This document shows positions 9,158 through 17,915 of a DNA stretch of 64,000 nucleotides, piece after piece. The DNA lies in NCBI GenBank assembly GCA_002423205.1, contig DIUZ01000024.1:199891-263890 (forward strand). The letters are read 5' to 3'. Each line of letters starts with the position of its first letter. The stretch's first letter is position 1. Under the pieces are notes generated by a model. That model saw nothing but the letters and a program-made list of their open reading frames with translations, did no database searches and had not been told where the DNA came from. This DNA comes from Micavibrio sp. UBA6145. GTDB lineage: Bacteria > Pseudomonadota > Alphaproteobacteria > Micavibrionales > UBA1664. The translations under genes were made by a program, and so were the position numbers.

Positions 9158-10529
9158 GACCTGGTCCTCTGAATCCAATTGCGATGCATAACATAAAGGC
9201 GAGAAGCGCGATTTCGGCGCGGCGTGCGGCGATGGCGTTGTAACGGGCCGCGTAACGCACCGGCTGGAAGCGCGTGTAAAGTTCAAACAGGATGAACAGA
9301 ATGATCGGCAGGTTCGGGAATTCACCCGGCACGTGGTCGGCGCGGCCCACGGGGGTCAGCATGTTGTAGGCGATGTGCAGGGCGTCGTTCAGGTTGCTTG
9401 CCCGGAAGAACACCCATGCCAGAACCGCGAGCGCGAATGTCCCGAGCATCGCGATGGCTTTGCCGGCATAGGGAATGGCGGATATGCGTTTTGGCCACGA
9501 TGTCACACGTTCCGCCGTCAGATAGGCCGCGTGCAGACCGCCCCAGATCAGGAAATTCCAGTTGGCCCCGTGCCACAGCCCCGAAAGCAGCATGGTCGCC
9601 CACATGAAGACCATCGATTTCGCGCCGCCAAGCGGGATGTACACGTAGTCGCGGAACCAGTGCGAGAGCGAAATATGCCAGCGGTTCCAGAAATCGCGGA
9701 AGCCGATGGAAAAGTAAGGGAATTTGAAATTGGGTTTGATCGACCAGCCCATACCCTTGAGCAGGCCGCGCGCGATGTTGCTGTACCCGGCGAAGTCGCA
9801 ATAAATCTGGACCGCGAATACGGCCATGATACCCCACCAGAACAGCGTGCCGTTGGATGCGGCGGGGTTGGCGAAGGCGGAATCGACGTAACCGGCAAGG
9901 TTGTCGGCGATCAGCATTTTCTGGACGTAGCCGGCGACGATCAGTTTGGTCGCGGAAAAACGCTGTGATTCAGTGGTGTGCGGTGTTTTCTCCATCCGCC
10001 ACAGCAAGTCCGTCGCGCGGATGATGGGGCCAGCCACCAATTGTGGGAACAGGCTCAAGAACGCAAAGAAATGGATCAGACTGCGTGTGGGTTTGATGGC
10101 ACCGCGATAAACGTCGATCGTGTAACTGAGCGACTGGAAGGTATAGAAGCTGATGCCGATGGGCAGGATCAGCATGAAGGGCGGGATGTTGGCCTCAAGC
10201 GCGGTGCCAAGAAGTGCGTCGATATTGCTGGCAACGAAGGACGAATATTTGAAGATCGACAGGACGCCGAGGTTGCTGAGCAGGGACACGCCAAGGATCG
10301 TGCGGCGGATATTTTTGGACTTCGCCTTTTCCATCGCGATACCGGCAACGAAGTCGACGAGACCGGTAAAGATGATCAGAAACAGGAAACGCCAGTCCCA
10401 CCAGCCGTAGAAAATGAAGGATGCGACCGTGATGGTCCAGTAACGCGCCAGCCGGTGGCCCTTGATGAACGGCCATAGCGCCCCGAAAAGGGCGATAAAA
10501 ATCAGGAATGTGACCGAATTAAACGACAT
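9132..10529 (-). CDS. MBOAT family O-acyltransferase (AlgI/PatA/DltB-like)
   Basis: 465-aa polytopic protein with the conserved histidine region LSGLWHGANWNFLIWGGLHA. Confidence 0.85.
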   Translation of the reverse strand: MSFNSVTFLIFIALFGALWPFIKGHRLARYWTITVASFIFYGWWDWRFLFLIIFTGLVDFVAGIAMEKAKSKNIRRTILGVSLLSNLGVLSIFKYSSFVASNIDALLGTALEANIPPFMLILPIGISFYTFQSLSYTIDVYRGAIKPTRSLIHFFAFLSLFPQLVAGPIIRATDLLWRMEKTPHTTESQRFSATKLIVAGYVQKMLIADNLAGYVDSAFANPAASNGTLFWWGIMAVFAVQIYCDFAGYSNIARGLLKGMGWSIKPNFKFPYFSIGFRDFWNRWHISLSHWFRDYVYIPLGGAKSMVFMWATMLLSGLWHGANWNFLIWGGLHAAYLTAERVTSWPKRISAIPYAGKAIAMLGTFALAVLAWVFFRASNLNDALHIAYNMLTPVGRADHVPGEFPNLPIILFILFELYTRFQPVRYAARYNAIAARRAEIALLAFMLCIAIGFRGPGHGFIYFQF

Positions 10530-10577
10530 CGCCCGACAATGTGCCGGGCGATGATGAATACGTCAATCGAAGGTATG

Positions 10578-11309
10578 TTAAGCCGTAGCAGCTTTCTTCT
10601 TGTCGGCCTTGGGCTCGGCTTCGCCGGCCACGTCCGGGTCACGCAGAACGTAACCGCGGCCCCACACCGTTTCGATGTAATTGAGGCCCGAGGAGGCGTC
10701 TTCGAGTTTTTTGCGGAGTTTGCAGATGAACACGTCGATGATCTTGATCTCCGGCTCATCCATCCCGTTGTAGAGGTGGTTGAGGAATGTTTCCTTGGCA
10801 AGGGTCGTGCCTTTGCGCAGGGCCAGGAGTTCGAGAATGCCGTATTCCTTGCCGGTGAGGTGGACAGGCTTGCTGTCGATATCAACCGTGCGGGAGTCGA
10901 GGTTGACGACCAGGCGGTCGCCGACCTTGATCTGGTTCTGGCTGTGACCTTTCGAGCGGCGGATAATGGCCTGAACGCGCGCCATCAGCTCGCGCTTGTC
11001 GAAGGGTTTGGTCAGGTAATCGTCAGCGCCGAAGCCAAGGCCCTTGATCTTGTTGTCGAGTTCGGCAAGGCCGGACAGGATCAGGATCGGGGTTTCGATT
11101 TTCGCGGCGCGAAGTTTTTTCAGGACGTCATAGCCATCCATGTCGGGCAGCATGAGGTCGAGGATGATGATGTCGTATTCGTAAACCTTGCCGAGATCGA
11201 GGCCTTCTTCGCCAAGATCGGTGGTGTCCACGACGTGACCGTCGGATTTGAGCATCATCTCGATGCTCTTGGACATGGAGCTGTCGTCTTCTACGAGCAG
11301 TACGCGCAT
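10578..11309 (-). CDS. ctrA: Cell-cycle/motility response regulator CtrA (OmpR family)
   Basis: [12 protein letters not shown]...[10 protein letters not shown]...[19 protein letters not shown]...[20 protein letters not shown]...[13 protein letters not shown]. Near-colinear pattern match to CtrA as I recall it from Caulobacter. Confidence 0.9.
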   Translation of the reverse strand: MRVLLVEDDSSMSKSIEMMLKSDGHVVDTTDLGEEGLDLGKVYEYDIIILDLMLPDMDGYDVLKKLRAAKIETPILILSGLAELDNKIKGLGFGADDYLTKPFDKRELMARVQAIIRRSKGHSQNQIKVGDRLVVNLDSRTVDIDSKPVHLTGKEYGILELLALRKGTTLAKETFLNHLYNGMDEPEIKIIDVFICKLRKKLEDASSGLNYIETVWGRGYVLRDPDVAGEAEPKADKKKAATA

Positions 11310-11333
11310 GTGTGGGGCCTTCCTGTCATAACG

Positions 11334-11365
11334 TTAACCTTGGTTAAGATTTTAACAAAGTTTAA
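11334..11365. promoter_or_regulatory. Two tandem TTAAC-N5-TTAA repeats upstream of ctrA (CtrA-box-like, spacing 1 bp shorter than canonical)
   Basis: TTAA at 11334, 11344, 11352 and 11362: TTAACcttggTTAAG and TTAACaaagtTTAAC. They lie 25-56 bp upstream of the ctrA ATG (11309). Confidence 0.35.
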
Positions 11366-11441
11366 CACCACCTACAAATAGTTTCGAGTCTTCAATGTTT
11401 TATCAACTGCCGATGTAGTGGGTCGGGGTGGAATTGTGAGT

Positions 11442-11461
11442 CATTGCAAGGTCTTGCAATG
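11442..11461. repeat. Perfect palindrome CATTGCAA-ggtc-TTGCAATG in the ctrA upstream region
   Basis: 8-bp arms read directly. A GAGTC (GANTC) site at 11438-11442 abuts the left arm. Confidence 0.6.
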
Positions 11462-11486
11462 GTTTGTTTAAACGGCTTTCTTTGGG

Positions 11487-12359
11487 TCAGGCGGGGGTAT
11501 AGCCAGCGTTGCTGCGCTGAAATTCGCCCGGACGGACATACCGGCCGATTCCCCGCAGGGTGCGCGGCGCACCGAGGCCGAGCGTGGCCAGTTTGTTTTT
11601 CATGTTCCGAATGGGGGTATTCAGCCCGCGTTCATCCGCGACCGATTTGATGCCCTGCGCACGTAACTCGGTAATAAGCAGCGGCGTAGGTACCCATGCG
11701 TTTTGATACGCGGCCAGCACGCCAAGGGTTGCAGACTCGAGTTTGCTCAACGGCACAGGCTGGCCATCGGTGAATGTCGCCACATTATTCGTGCGGTCGA
11801 TCACAAGGTCGCCCAGCGTGACGGTTTGTCTTTGCGGATCGTCGACCAGTTCGGGCGAACGCAGGGGCGTATCGCATTCACCGGCCAGCACGGTCTGCAT
11901 GATGGTTTTGAAATGCTTCTGGCGCATGCTTTCCAGGAAGTTGAACGGTGGCACTGCGAATTGCTGCATCGGCAGATCGGCGTAGATCAGATCAATATGC
12001 GGGCAGGCGACGGCAGCGTTGAACAACGGCGTGGCACGGATCAGGCGAAGATCATCGGGGCGGCGGCCATTGAAAAAGACGGCGATCTTGCGATCCGGGT
12101 TTTGCGCCCGGATAGCGGCAAGGTTTTCGATCATGCTTTCGTCGCTGGAGCGGTAGACGGTTTCCACCGTGATGTCCTGCGCGATGATCAGGCTTTGCGT
12201 GTCGGTGATGTGGCTGCCCATCGGGCCCAGTTGCCTTATGCCGTGCGCGGGGCCGGGTATGGCGGTGGCATACGCAAACTTGTCCGTCAGGGTCTGGATC
12301 AAACCCATCTTCGCGATTTCCGGGTACTGGGACGGAACGTAGACGCCGTGACAAATCAT
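11487..12359 (-). CDS. Orphan OmpR/PhoB-type winged-helix DNA-binding protein with an unrecognised N-terminal domain
   Basis: The C-terminal ~100 aa fit the Trans_reg_C pattern (LGDLVIDRTNNVATFTDGQPVPLSKLESATLGVLAA...LNTPIRNMKNKL...LRGIGRYV). The track ORF starts at TTG 12386. First ATG is at 12359, alternative at 12308. Confidence 0.55.
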   Translation of the reverse strand: MICHGVYVPSQYPEIAKMGLIQTLTDKFAYATAIPGPAHGIRQLGPMGSHITDTQSLIIAQDITVETVYRSSDESMIENLAAIRAQNPDRKIAVFFNGRRPDDLRLIRATPLFNAAVACPHIDLIYADLPMQQFAVPPFNFLESMRQKHFKTIMQTVLAGECDTPLRSPELVDDPQRQTVTLGDLVIDRTNNVATFTDGQPVPLSKLESATLGVLAAYQNAWVPTPLLITELRAQGIKSVADERGLNTPIRNMKNKLATLGLGAPRTLRGIGRYVRPGEFQRSNAGYTPA

Positions 12360-12467
12360 GCCCCACCATGATCCGGGCAGGGCCAAAAAGGCAAGCGATT
12401 TTGCATTATGTTAATGATTCTGCGAGTGGGATGAGCGCCCGAAATGTGTTAAGATTTATCTGTCCGC

Positions 12468-13829
12468 ATGAGCATGTCCCCAGACCAGATCGCCCGCCGC
12501 CGCATAGAAACGATAGTCGCCGACATCGGGTCGCTGGCGACTGTCACCGTTTATGGCAGCGTGACCAAGCTTCTGGGGCTTCTGGTCGAAATAACAGGTT
12601 TTCCTGAAACGCTTTCCCTCGGCGCGCGTGTCACCCTGATGCCCGATGACGGGCGCAAGGTGCTGTGCGAGGTCGTGGGCTTTCGCGAAAACCGCGCGCT
12701 GGTCATGCCGTTCGGCACGCTGGAAGGTATCGGCCTTGGGTGCAAGGCCGTGATAGGGCAGGCGCGCCCGGTCATCACGCCGTCGCGTGCCTGGCTTGGC
12801 CGCGTTATCAACGCGCTGGGCGAACCGCTGGATGGCAAGGGGCCGTTGCCGGTTGGCGATATTTCCATGGCGCTGCGTGCGCCTGCGCCGCCGGCGAATA
12901 AACGCACCCGTCTTGGTGAAAAGCTGGACCTTGGCGTGCGTGCGGTAAACACATTTTTGTCCATCGTGCGCGGGCAGCGCATGGGGATTTTCTCGGGCTC
13001 GGGCGTTGGTAAATCCGTCACGCTGTCGATGATGGCGCGGTACACGGTGGCCGAAGTATCGGTCATCGGCCTGATCGGTGAACGCGGCCGCGAGGTGCAG
13101 GAATTCATCAACGACGATCTTGGTGAAGAAGGTTTGGCGCGGTCCGTCGTGATTGTCGCCACCGGCGACGAAGCGCCGCTGATGCGCCGTCAGGCGGCAT
13201 ATTTGACCATGGCGATTGCTGAATATTTCCGCCAGGACGGGTCGGACGTGCTGTGCATGATGGATTCACTTACGCGTTTTGCGATGGCGATCCGCGAAAT
13301 CGGCCTGAGCGCGGGCGAACCGCCGACGACCAAAGGCTACCCGCCGTCCATGTACGGTGAAATGGCGCGCCTTCTGGAACGCGCAGGACCGGGCGAAGAG
13401 GGACAGGGCACGATCACCGGCATCTTTACCGTGCTGGTCGAAGGCGACGACATGAATGAACCCGTGGCCGACGCCGTGCGCGGTATTGTCGATGGTCACA
13501 TCGTGATGGACCGTTCGATTGCCGATCGCGGGCGATATCCGGCCATCGATATTTTGAAAAGCGTGTCGCGTGCCATGCCGGCGTGTCAGACGCCCGGTCA
13601 GTGGGCGCTGGTCAAACGCGCCAAGCAACTGATCACGACCTATGAAGACATGGCCGAACTGATCCGTCTTGGCGCATACCGCAAGGGTGCGGATGCGCTG
13701 GTGGACGAGTCGGTGAAGTATTATCCGCTGATCGAAGAATTCCTGAGCCAGATGAAATCGGATCGTACATCGCTGGAAGACGGTTTCCGCCGTCTCGCGA
13801 AGATTCTGGAGATGCCGTATAATGGCTAA
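12468..13829 (+). CDS. fliI: Flagellum-specific ATPase
   Basis: Walker A GSGVGKS and Walker B VLCMMDS. 453 aa with an F1/T3SS-ATPase pattern. Confidence 0.95.
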   Translation: MSMSPDQIARRRIETIVADIGSLATVTVYGSVTKLLGLLVEITGFPETLSLGARVTLMPDDGRKVLCEVVGFRENRALVMPFGTLEGIGLGCKAVIGQARPVITPSRAWLGRVINALGEPLDGKGPLPVGDISMALRAPAPPANKRTRLGEKLDLGVRAVNTFLSIVRGQRMGIFSGSGVGKSVTLSMMARYTVAEVSVIGLIGERGREVQEFINDDLGEEGLARSVVIVATGDEAPLMRRQAAYLTMAIAEYFRQDGSDVLCMMDSLTRFAMAIREIGLSAGEPPTTKGYPPSMYGEMARLLERAGPGEEGQGTITGIFTVLVEGDDMNEPVADAVRGIVDGHIVMDRSIADRGRYPAIDILKSVSRAMPACQTPGQWALVKRAKQLITTYEDMAELIRLGAYRKGADALVDESVKYYPLIEEFLSQMKSDRTSLEDGFRRLAKILEMPYNG

Positions 13830-14250
13830 TCTGGAACCACTGATCCGTTACCGTAAATTCCAGCTGGATGAAAAACGCCGCTTTATCGCGCGTCTTTATG
13901 CGGAAGCGGACAAGGTTTATAATTTCAAGCAACGCGCATTGGACGAAGTTGCACGCGAACGTGCCTATGTCGACGAATCGTCCGACCCGCATGTTATTAC
14001 CGGCTTCCTGGGCTATCAGGGGCTGATGAAGAAAAAAATCGCCATGATCGACGTCGAGGTCAAACGCATCGACGCCCGTATCCAGGTGGCGCAGGACGAT
14101 CTGCGTGAGGAATTCACCGAACTTAAGAAATTCGAAATCGTACAGCGCAATCGCTTGAGAAAACGCCGCGAAGAGCTGGAACGCCGCCAGGCCGCCCTGT
14201 TCGACGCGCAGGCGCTGGAAGCCTACCGAAGGTCGTTCGAGACTGCGTAA
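13822..14250 (+). CDS. fliJ: Flagellar export protein FliJ
   Basis: 142-aa coiled-coil protein overlapping the fliI stop by 8 nt. Position and composition are typical of alphaproteobacterial FliJ. Confidence 0.65.
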   Translation: MANLEPLIRYRKFQLDEKRRFIARLYAEADKVYNFKQRALDEVARERAYVDESSDPHVITGFLGYQGLMKKKIAMIDVEVKRIDARIQVAQDDLREEFTELKKFEIVQRNRLRKRREELERRQAALFDAQALEAYRRSFETA

Positions 14251-14307
14251 AATTGCGCACGGCTAGGCGTCTGGGATATAGTCACCGCAAAACAAGACAT
14301 AGACCTT

Positions 14308-15708
14308 ATGCCCGGCGGTACTATTTTACAGTCTAAAAAAGCCATTGCGGCGCTCACCATTCTGGGCGCATTTGCAAGCGCTTCGCATGGGCAGACGGAA
14401 GACGAACTGATCGCCGCGCGGCTGCAGGTGTTTGACAAGACAATGGCGGTCCTACGCGACAATCACTATCTCAAAGGCCGTTATGACGCTTTGGCTGCTG
14501 ATATTGAACGGGTTCGCGTCGACATCAGTAATGGGCGCCAGGATTTTTTTGAGGCGGTTGATGCGCTCGCTCAATCGTTTGATTCACGCACCTCGTTTTC
14601 CAAAATTGTTTTCAAGAAGAGGAAGCGCGATGCCAATGCTCTGGGTTTTGCAGCGCTGGGGTTAATTACGCAAAAAACGGGTGCGCGCCTGCTGGTGGAT
14701 CGTGTGTTTTTTAATACGTCAGGGTTCGGAGCGGGTTTAAAACACGGTGATGCCATTGTGTCCATCGATGGTAAATCTGTTACCGAGATGAATACAGCCG
14801 GGATTGATGAAGCCGTCTGCAATGATTTTGCCGATTTCACACAAATCGGCATTGCGCGCGGCAAAGGCAAAGCCGTCATTCAGCATGATCTTGAATGCAA
14901 TTATGATACCGAGCATGCGGTAGAGATGCGCGTCATTAACGATAAAATTGGATATATAAAAATAGATTCGTTTGTTGAATTCGTGGATTTTGATGTTCAG
15001 GAAGCGATTCAGACGATGCGTAAGACCCATCCTGGCGTCAAAAGCTATATTCTGGATTTGCGCGACAACACGGGCGGACAGGCGCTGGCCGCGCAGTCTC
15101 TGGTCGACTTATTTGTCGATTCTGGGGATGTATCCATGATTAAAAAAATCCGTGACGATAGCGGGAATGTTTACAACACTCCGGGCGATCATGCGCAAGC
15201 CGCGCCGCTTGTGGTTCTGGTCAATCATGATTCATGGTCCGCGGCAGAGCTTGCGCCCATGGCTTTGCAGTATCATCGACGTGCAAAAATTGTCGGGACA
15301 ATCACGGGCGGCAAAGGCACAAGCCAGAGAACTTTCAGTATTTTCCCCAATCGTCTCAGGAGCTTTTTGCCTGGCGGAGCGCTTACGATCACGGAAAGCG
15401 TCATTACCATGCCTGATGGCAATTCCCATCAATTGAAGGGTGTTATTCCGGACGTGCAGGTTCTTAGCAACCTGCTTCCAGCCAAAGCGCCACGTGAAGC
15501 GGATATGAAATTGGCAATACCCAATCCTATGGGCGGCGCGCTAACGCCCGCGGAAAAGGCGCGTACGGAAACTTGCGAAGTGCATGCCGATTTCAAGGGG
15601 GCCGCCGTTTACGGACATGATGGAAAAATCGACCCTATTCTGACATGTGGGGTCATGGTCCTTCGAAATCAGACTCAGGCCAAAGCCGCCGCTTTCGTGC
15701 CGCGATGA
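14308..15708 (+). CDS. S41 family C-terminal processing peptidase with PDZ domain, periplasmic
   Basis: Signal peptide, PDZ (GLKHGDAIVSIDGKSV), LDLRDNTGGQ block, Ser motif HDSWSAAEL and Lys motif GGKGTSQ. GC spot counts are 27-45% versus 63% in fliI. Confidence 0.8.
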   Translation: MPGGTILQSKKAIAALTILGAFASASHGQTEDELIAARLQVFDKTMAVLRDNHYLKGRYDALAADIERVRVDISNGRQDFFEAVDALAQSFDSRTSFSKIVFKKRKRDANALGFAALGLITQKTGARLLVDRVFFNTSGFGAGLKHGDAIVSIDGKSVTEMNTAGIDEAVCNDFADFTQIGIARGKGKAVIQHDLECNYDTEHAVEMRVINDKIGYIKIDSFVEFVDFDVQEAIQTMRKTHPGVKSYILDLRDNTGGQALAAQSLVDLFVDSGDVSMIKKIRDDSGNVYNTPGDHAQAAPLVVLVNHDSWSAAELAPMALQYHRRAKIVGTITGGKGTSQRTFSIFPNRLRSFLPGGALTITESVITMPDGNSHQLKGVIPDVQVLSNLLPAKAPREADMKLAIPNPMGGALTPAEKARTETCEVHADFKGAAVYGHDGKIDPILTCGVMVLRNQTQAKAAAFVPR

Positions 15709-17879
15709 TCGTCGATGTCGATCCAGCTTTTGCGGCTGGGGTCGGCGTTGAAATTCAATTCACCTGAAAAGCCGATATTGTTCACCGCGTCACGGTAACG
15801 CGCGCGCATGGCGTCGCGCATGGACGGGCTCATGGCCTGTTCACTGCGCAGTGTGACGTCAAGTTTGCGGCCTTGTGAAAACCCGTCGATCTGCATGGGG
15901 CCCATGCGGGTGAGGGACAGGTCCATGACAAAACGCATGCCGCCGTTTTTGGTTTTGTCCTTGCTGTCGTCCTGTCCCTGATCGAAGGAGCGGTAATGCA
16001 GTTGAATGCGGGCAATCTCGCCGCCGAAGATCAGCGGCAGGTTGAGCGATTTCCAGTCACCGGCGGGGCGCGCGTCTTCTTCGCGCATGGTTTGCGTCGC
16101 CGATGCGAAATCAGCTGTAAGGCGCGCCAGCGCGTCGGGCCTGCGGCCACCACGCACGGCTTCCAAACCCTTTTCACCCATCCATGCGGTGATGTCGCCG
16201 CCGCGAAGGGCGGCCACGAACATCAACACGGGCGCGGTGAATGCCGCGGCACCGGGTTTGGGTATTGCGGCCTGCAACGCGGCGGCTTGCGGGTTTTGTG
16301 TCGATGACGCGGTGCCGGTATGCAGCAGATCATCCAGCGTATCCCATGGCAGGCCCATGCCCGTGGCCTGCGGCATGCCGGTGGCCACGGGCGATGTCAT
16401 GGGCACGCCCGGTAAAACGTCGAGGCGCATGATGGTGCCGGGGACGAGGCCGCGTGCAGGATATTGCAGCACCATCTGCGAGATCGTGGTTTTGAGCGAG
16501 CCGTCGGCAGACAGGGTGAATGTCGGCATCTCCAGCACGGGCAGACCCTGTGGCGTTTGACCGGCGACCTGCGCAAACAATGCGGGTGTCGAGGGCGTGC
16601 CGTGGATCAGGTTTGTGCTTAACGCGTTTTGCAGGATCGGCGGGCTGGCGGTGGGAAGCACGGCGCTGATGCGTACGTCCAGAACCTGCACCGGCATCGT
16701 GTGCGACGACAGGCCGTTCGGTGTCGAGACAATCAGGTGCTGTGTCTGCGGGGTCGCGCCTTGCGGCAGGCTGGGCGTCAGGGATGTGGGTATCAATTGT
16801 CCCAGCGCTTGCGGTGCTGCAGCACCTGAAGATGTTGTGATGACGGGTGTTGCCATCGCACTGCCCGGCAGAATGATACGCGTATCACCCGCGGGCATTG
16901 CAGGCGTTGGTTGCGGCATGCCGGGTGTGGTGAGGATCGTTTGCTGCGGCAGCATGTTTTGCGCGATGCCGGTGGGTGTCGACGCCGGGACGATCACATT
17001 CGGGGTTGCGGATGATGGGATCAACGTTGCGGCAAGACCTGGCAGGGCGGGCGCGTTTAACGGCATGCCGGGTTGCGGCACAAAATTCTGGCCAAGCGCT
17101 AACGGTGTCAGGCGCACCATCTGCCCGATCTGCAGCGGGCGCTGCGCCGCGGCGGTCAATGAGGGTTCAGAAGAAGGAACGCCCAGCGTGTTGCCGGTTG
17201 CCTGTGTGGGCAGGGCCGGTGTTTTCAAAAACGTCTGCATCGATGTCTTTAAAAATTCGAGCAGGTTTTGCGGGCTGAGCTGGGGCTTTGCCGCGTCGGC
17301 GGTTTGCTGCAGCAAAACAACGCCGGACGGCAATGCCTGTTGCGGTGTTGGGGCGGGCGCATCGGACGGTACCGGGATGCTGGTGGGCAACGGCATTTGT
17401 GCCGTGGGTGTTTGCGTTTGTGGTGGCTGCGCCGGTGTTTGCTGCGGCTGGCCTGGCATGGCTGGATTTTGTGTGACGGGTGTCTGTCCCGGGATCTGTG
17501 GCGTCGGCACCTGTGGTATGGGCACTTGTGATTGCGGTGGTGCCGGTTGTGCGGGTATTTGCGGTTGTGCGGGCAGGGTGACGGTGACGGTGCGCGGCGG
17601 GTTGCCGGCGCGAATTTGCAGGTTCACCTCCGTCCCGCGCGCGGGCAGCGGCTGGGGCAGTTGCACATCAATGGGGCCGCGCGGGGTGTTGATGCGCGTG
17701 GTGCCGTCCGGGTTTTGTCCGGCCACAGTGCCCCGCAAGCTTACGTCACGGCCGTTATTCTGTAATGACGGCGGGAGAGACTGGGCCTGCGTTTCCACGT
17801 CCTGGCCATCCGGGGACGGCGCGGGCGACGCCGCCTGAACAGGGGGCACATAAGGAGACGGGGGCGTGACTGATGCCAT
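15675..17879 (-). CDS. Pro/Gln-rich protein with FliK-like (Flg_hook) C-terminal domain
   Basis: 734 aa. The N-terminal half is PQ-rich low complexity. The C-terminus MRFVMDLSLTRMGPMQIDGFSQGRKLDVTLRSEQ...NNIGFSGELNFNA aligns by pattern with the FliK C-terminus at 40904-42787. It follows flhG by 36 bp. Confidence 0.5.
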   Translation of the reverse strand: MASVTPPSPYVPPVQAASPAPSPDGQDVETQAQSLPPSLQNNGRDVSLRGTVAGQNPDGTTRINTPRGPIDVQLPQPLPARGTEVNLQIRAGNPPRTVTVTLPAQPQIPAQPAPPQSQVPIPQVPTPQIPGQTPVTQNPAMPGQPQQTPAQPPQTQTPTAQMPLPTSIPVPSDAPAPTPQQALPSGVVLLQQTADAAKPQLSPQNLLEFLKTSMQTFLKTPALPTQATGNTLGVPSSEPSLTAAAQRPLQIGQMVRLTPLALGQNFVPQPGMPLNAPALPGLAATLIPSSATPNVIVPASTPTGIAQNMLPQQTILTTPGMPQPTPAMPAGDTRIILPGSAMATPVITTSSGAAAPQALGQLIPTSLTPSLPQGATPQTQHLIVSTPNGLSSHTMPVQVLDVRISAVLPTASPPILQNALSTNLIHGTPSTPALFAQVAGQTPQGLPVLEMPTFTLSADGSLKTTISQMVLQYPARGLVPGTIMRLDVLPGVPMTSPVATGMPQATGMGLPWDTLDDLLHTGTASSTQNPQAAALQAAIPKPGAAAFTAPVLMFVAALRGGDITAWMGEKGLEAVRGGRRPDALARLTADFASATQTMREEDARPAGDWKSLNLPLIFGGEIARIQLHYRSFDQGQDDSKDKTKNGGMRFVMDLSLTRMGPMQIDGFSQGRKLDVTLRSEQAMSPSMRDAMRARYRDAVNNIGFSGELNFNADPSRKSWIDIDDHRGTKAAALA

Positions 17880-17915
17880 GCCCCCATCTTAGCAAAATTT
17901 CATTAATTTAGGAAT

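Noticed and set aside
11487-12386. Calling the winged-helix protein a response regulator (FtcR/Rem orthologue)
   Set aside because: I could not find the receiver-domain acidic pocket or a phospho-acceptor Asp at the expected spacing, so orthology is not claimed. It is kept as an orphan wHTH protein.
16597-17838. 413-aa Cys/Gly-rich plus-strand ORF
   Set aside because: It is a mirror image of the Pro/Gln-rich coding strand (CCN/CAG codons read as GGN/CTG). The minus-strand ORF is longer, ATG-started, operon-coupled to flhG and has an FliK-like C-terminus.
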